Shown piece by piece: positions 60,906-64,000 of a DNA stretch of 64,000 bases. The stretch covers positions 158,777 to 222,776 of the forward strand of contig NIVC01001770.1 of the NCBI GenBank assembly GCA_002269645.1, given 5' to 3'. How positions within the stretch are numbered: position 1 is the first letter of the stretch; each line of letters opens with the position of its first letter. Under the pieces are notes generated by a model. The model was given only the letters and a program-made list of their open reading frames with translations. It was not told the DNA's origin and made no database searches. The translations under genes were made by a program, and so were the position numbers. This DNA is from Macrostomum lignano (taxonomy: Eukaryota).

Positions 60906-62318
60906 ATGTTGCCTACCGATTCAAAGCGGAGAAGTGGCAAAGAGAAGCAGCAAAAAGAGAAGCAGTCCCTCCCAGCATCTTCTGCTCAAGAGGGCAAAAG
61001 TGCTGCTCAACTTCGAGCTGAGCGCCGGGAACTTCAGGAACGACAGAGAGCCGCCAAGTTGCAAAAGCAGCAGGAACAGAAGCAAGCTGGCGGCGGCAAG
61101 GGCGGCTCTAAAACTTCAAATCCGTCTAACAAAGCTGAAGCTGGCAGTAAAAAGTCTGCAGAACAAAAGCAGTCAGCGCCCATTCCAACTTCAGCAGACA
61201 AAAAGGCACAATCGAGTAAGTTGGCTCCACCAGGAGACACCCACCAGCAGCAGCAGCAGGCGGCCAACAAGAAAAAGTCGCCACCACCTCAGCAGCAACA
61301 GCAGCCTGCTGACTCCTCAGTAAAGTCGCTGCCAAGCTTCTTCCGCCACCTCAAACCTCCTATGGATGCTGAACAGATAACTAGCAGTGTGTATAACGAA
61401 CAGTTTGCCCAGAGCCAGATTGAAGCCGCATTCGTTCAGTTGTCCCTGATGGTGGCGCACGAACAGCTGCAGGGTCCCGCCGCCAGGTGCTTAGGCTTGG
61501 CCCGCGCTCTTCGCCAGCTGCTCTGCACTGTGCCTGTGCAGGATCTGCCTCGCCTTATCAAACCAAAGCTTGATCCGAATATGCGACTGCTTCGATCGGC
61601 TAAGCCTCCCACAGTGCTTGAGTCATATCTTGAGCAGCGCCTAGCTAATTGGGTGCAATCAGCTGGCAGTTCGGCGGAGAACTCTGACCACTGGCTTGTA
61701 GACCGGATGAATGAGTTTGTTATTGAACAGATTGAAAAGGCTCGGGTCACAATGCGGGCCAGTCTAAAATCGAAGATTAACAACTTGGACTGCATTATGC
61801 TTTACAAGCCGTCCAGCTTAATATTCGAATGCCTAGAGGACATTGTGTCTGAAGGAACGAAAATGCCAGACGTTAGAATAATTTTATTGGATTCGCCGCC
61901 CAGCTGGGAAGGCCAGGCCTTTCTAAGAAGGCTACAGGGGCACAGGCTGCTGTCAAAGTGTCCAGTCCGCTACGCGATGCTGTCTGCCGCGCCCAGTCTG
62001 TTGTCGGACACCAGCAAGCTGGTGCTGGAAGGCCAGGCTCTGACAGCTAATGGCAACGTGCTAGCGCCAGTCGGCACCGCCTACCTGGCCAATGTTGCTT
62101 GGTCGCATCGGATTCCCTGTCTAGTATTGTGCCACGCCTGCCAGACCTGGGACCAGGTGCTAATTGACTCCGTATCCTACAATGAGCTGGGTCGAGTTAG
62201 TAGCGATAGCCAATTGTGCAATATTCAGTACGACTTGACGCCAGGCGATCTTGTCACAGCGCTAATTACGGAGCGCGGAATTCTGCCCTGCACTGGGTCG
62301 CCGGTTCCGTCTCACTGA
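60906..62318 (+). CDS. EIF2B4: Translation initiation factor eIF2B delta subunit, 470 aa, intronless CDS
   Basis: KSAAQLRAERRELQERQRAAK, GPAARCLGLARALRQLL, DSPPSWEGQAFLRRL, LTANGNVLAPVGTAYLA, NEL, YDLTPGDLVTALITERGILPC all match eIF2B delta architecture. Confidence 0.88.
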   Translation: MLPTDSKRRSGKEKQQKEKQSLPASSAQEGKSAAQLRAERRELQERQRAAKLQKQQEQKQAGGGKGGSKTSNPSNKAEAGSKKSAEQKQSAPIPTSADKKAQSSKLAPPGDTHQQQQQAANKKKSPPPQQQQQPADSSVKSLPSFFRHLKPPMDAEQITSSVYNEQFAQSQIEAAFVQLSLMVAHEQLQGPAARCLGLARALRQLLCTVPVQDLPRLIKPKLDPNMRLLRSAKPPTVLESYLEQRLANWVQSAGSSAENSDHWLVDRMNEFVIEQIEKARVTMRASLKSKINNLDCIMLYKPSSLIFECLEDIVSEGTKMPDVRIILLDSPPSWEGQAFLRRLQGHRLLSKCPVRYAMLSAAPSLLSDTSKLVLEGQALTANGNVLAPVGTAYLANVAWSHRIPCLVLCHACQTWDQVLIDSVSYNELGRVSSDSQLCNIQYDLTPGDLVTALITERGILPCTGSPVPSH

Positions 62319-64000
62319 GGTTGAACTAATTATTTTTTAACTGTCATTCGTCTTATTAAGTTATTTTGCATCATTATCCCATGGCAAGTATATTAGCGCA
62401 GGTAAACTTGCTAATCTACATGTGTTGTTGGTAACCGATGTGAATAATTGGCCTATGCTTCAGCCTTTAATTAATTATTACGCAAAAAATGCTATTTTTC
62501 AGTCGTTCTGTGTTTGCTTATTTTTTGGATGTGGGGAATGAATTTCTGTAATTTTACTGTTTGTTGCGCAAAGGAATCGATGAGTTTTAACTTCTCTCTG
62601 CACCTGATTCAGCCAATCACAGACTCTGAGAGGCCACGTATCCCGCTAAGTGATGAAATGAGCTTACAGATTGCTGGACTTCTAACTAACTGTCTTAGTG
62701 ATAAGCTACAGCTATTCCCTATAACCATCGCATGTTATCGTTGCATAAGATTATATGGTTATTATTATTATTTATATCTAGTATGCGTTTCAGTCAGTGT
62801 AATTGCTTGCAATTTAATTGATGCAAAAAATTAAAAGCAAATAAAATTTCTACACACTGAGCTGACGAAACTGACGGATTGGAAAACAGTTTGTTCTTGA
62901 ATAGGATATTAATGTGTCACATGTGTTCAAGCGTACGTGTATATGTTATTTTACTTCTAGATTAGAGTTGTAGAGGATAAGTTATCTAGGAGTTACGAGC
63001 GAAAGCGCATTAATTATCTACTTGCTCTACTTTTAGTAGTCTTATTGCAAGCACAAATTAATTTATTTTAAATTTTCTTCGAGAAACAATTCGTAATTAG
63101 ACGAGACTTAGAAGCTTTTTTTAATTTTTTTAATTAAAGCAAATCCTTAACCATCTAATCAACCACTGTCGGTCATTGTTTCTCTTCCTAAAATCGGTTT
63201 ACTGTTACGTGATCGCGTGGCAACTGCTCAGAAATTGCGCTCAAAAGAAGTAACAATTTCTCGCCAGGGTTTGCAACTTTTTCTTCTGTCGAGTGTAGCA
63301 AAATAAGTTCTCGTTTTGGTTCCGTTTGACGTCTAGCAGCTAGCTCGTACTCGTGAGTTTATCTTCCTTTGAAATTCAAAAGTTTCGAAGCTGTGCTGCT
63401 GTGTACTGAAATGAGAATTATTGATTTTTGAGCGACAAGAAGTCGCTCAAAACCCCTGTTAATTTTTTCCCGTCCTAAGCATATTTTTAGCTCGCATAAA
63501 TAAGCTGTCTCGAGTCGAGTCCTGTTCTTTAAGCTTAGCAGGTACCTAACAGATAGTCTCCTGTCTCAATGTTGCGCAGTGCTTTCATTTCTGTTGCCTT
63601 TTAATTGCTCAGAAAGCTGTTTAATCCGTAATTTGATATGCATGCCTCTATGTGCAGGGCGGCAGAGAAAGATCGTGACATTGCATGCGCTCGCGTTTCG
63701 ATCGGATAGCTGCTATTAGTTGTCCTGCAAATTGTTGCCTGCCAGCTGCAACTGTGCTAGTTGGCATCATGTAATTTTTAGTGTTTTATAAGCTAGATTA
63801 AAACCGTAAACGTATGAGAGTTTTAATTGCGACCCTGGAGGGGGTTTATCTGATTTTTCTCAAATCAAAATTAACATATAATGATTATAATTGATTACAC
63901 CTGCCCTAATTAGGCCAGATGTGCAACCGACAGCTCAGCCGCAGCTATTGCGTGGCGCATCTGAAAACTGCGTACGGCAGTTCAGTCCAAGGGGGGTCGC

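Overview
Eukaryotic (invertebrate animal) genomic DNA, not prokaryotic. It has spliceosomal GT-AG introns, GC-rich exons and very dense intronic and intergenic minisatellites. The style resembles a free-living flatworm long-read assembly; that is an inference and was not verified. Five protein-coding genes could be reconstructed by hand. On the - strand: a 7-exon MAP4K (GCK-I kinase plus CNH domain), a 5-exon prohormone-4-like gene (LDLa domain) and a 4-coding-exon Rab1. On the + strand: an intronless eIF2B delta and a 143-aa orphan with a signal peptide and one TM helix. The first 16.6 kb is a head-to-tail array of non-autonomous Helitrons (TC...hairpin-CTAG junctions). Each unit carries a tRNA-like Pol III motif next to a minisatellite 'slot' whose content differs between copies. 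Other mobile DNA includes three hAT MITEs with polypurine cores, two to three tRNA-derived SINEs and a decayed Chapaev/Transib-like transposase inside Rab1 intron 1, which lies in a CpG desert. Two MAP4K exons are each bracketed by inverted copies of one minisatellite. Most long ORFs in the supplied track are artefacts of tandem repeats. All coordinates and counts were read by eye.
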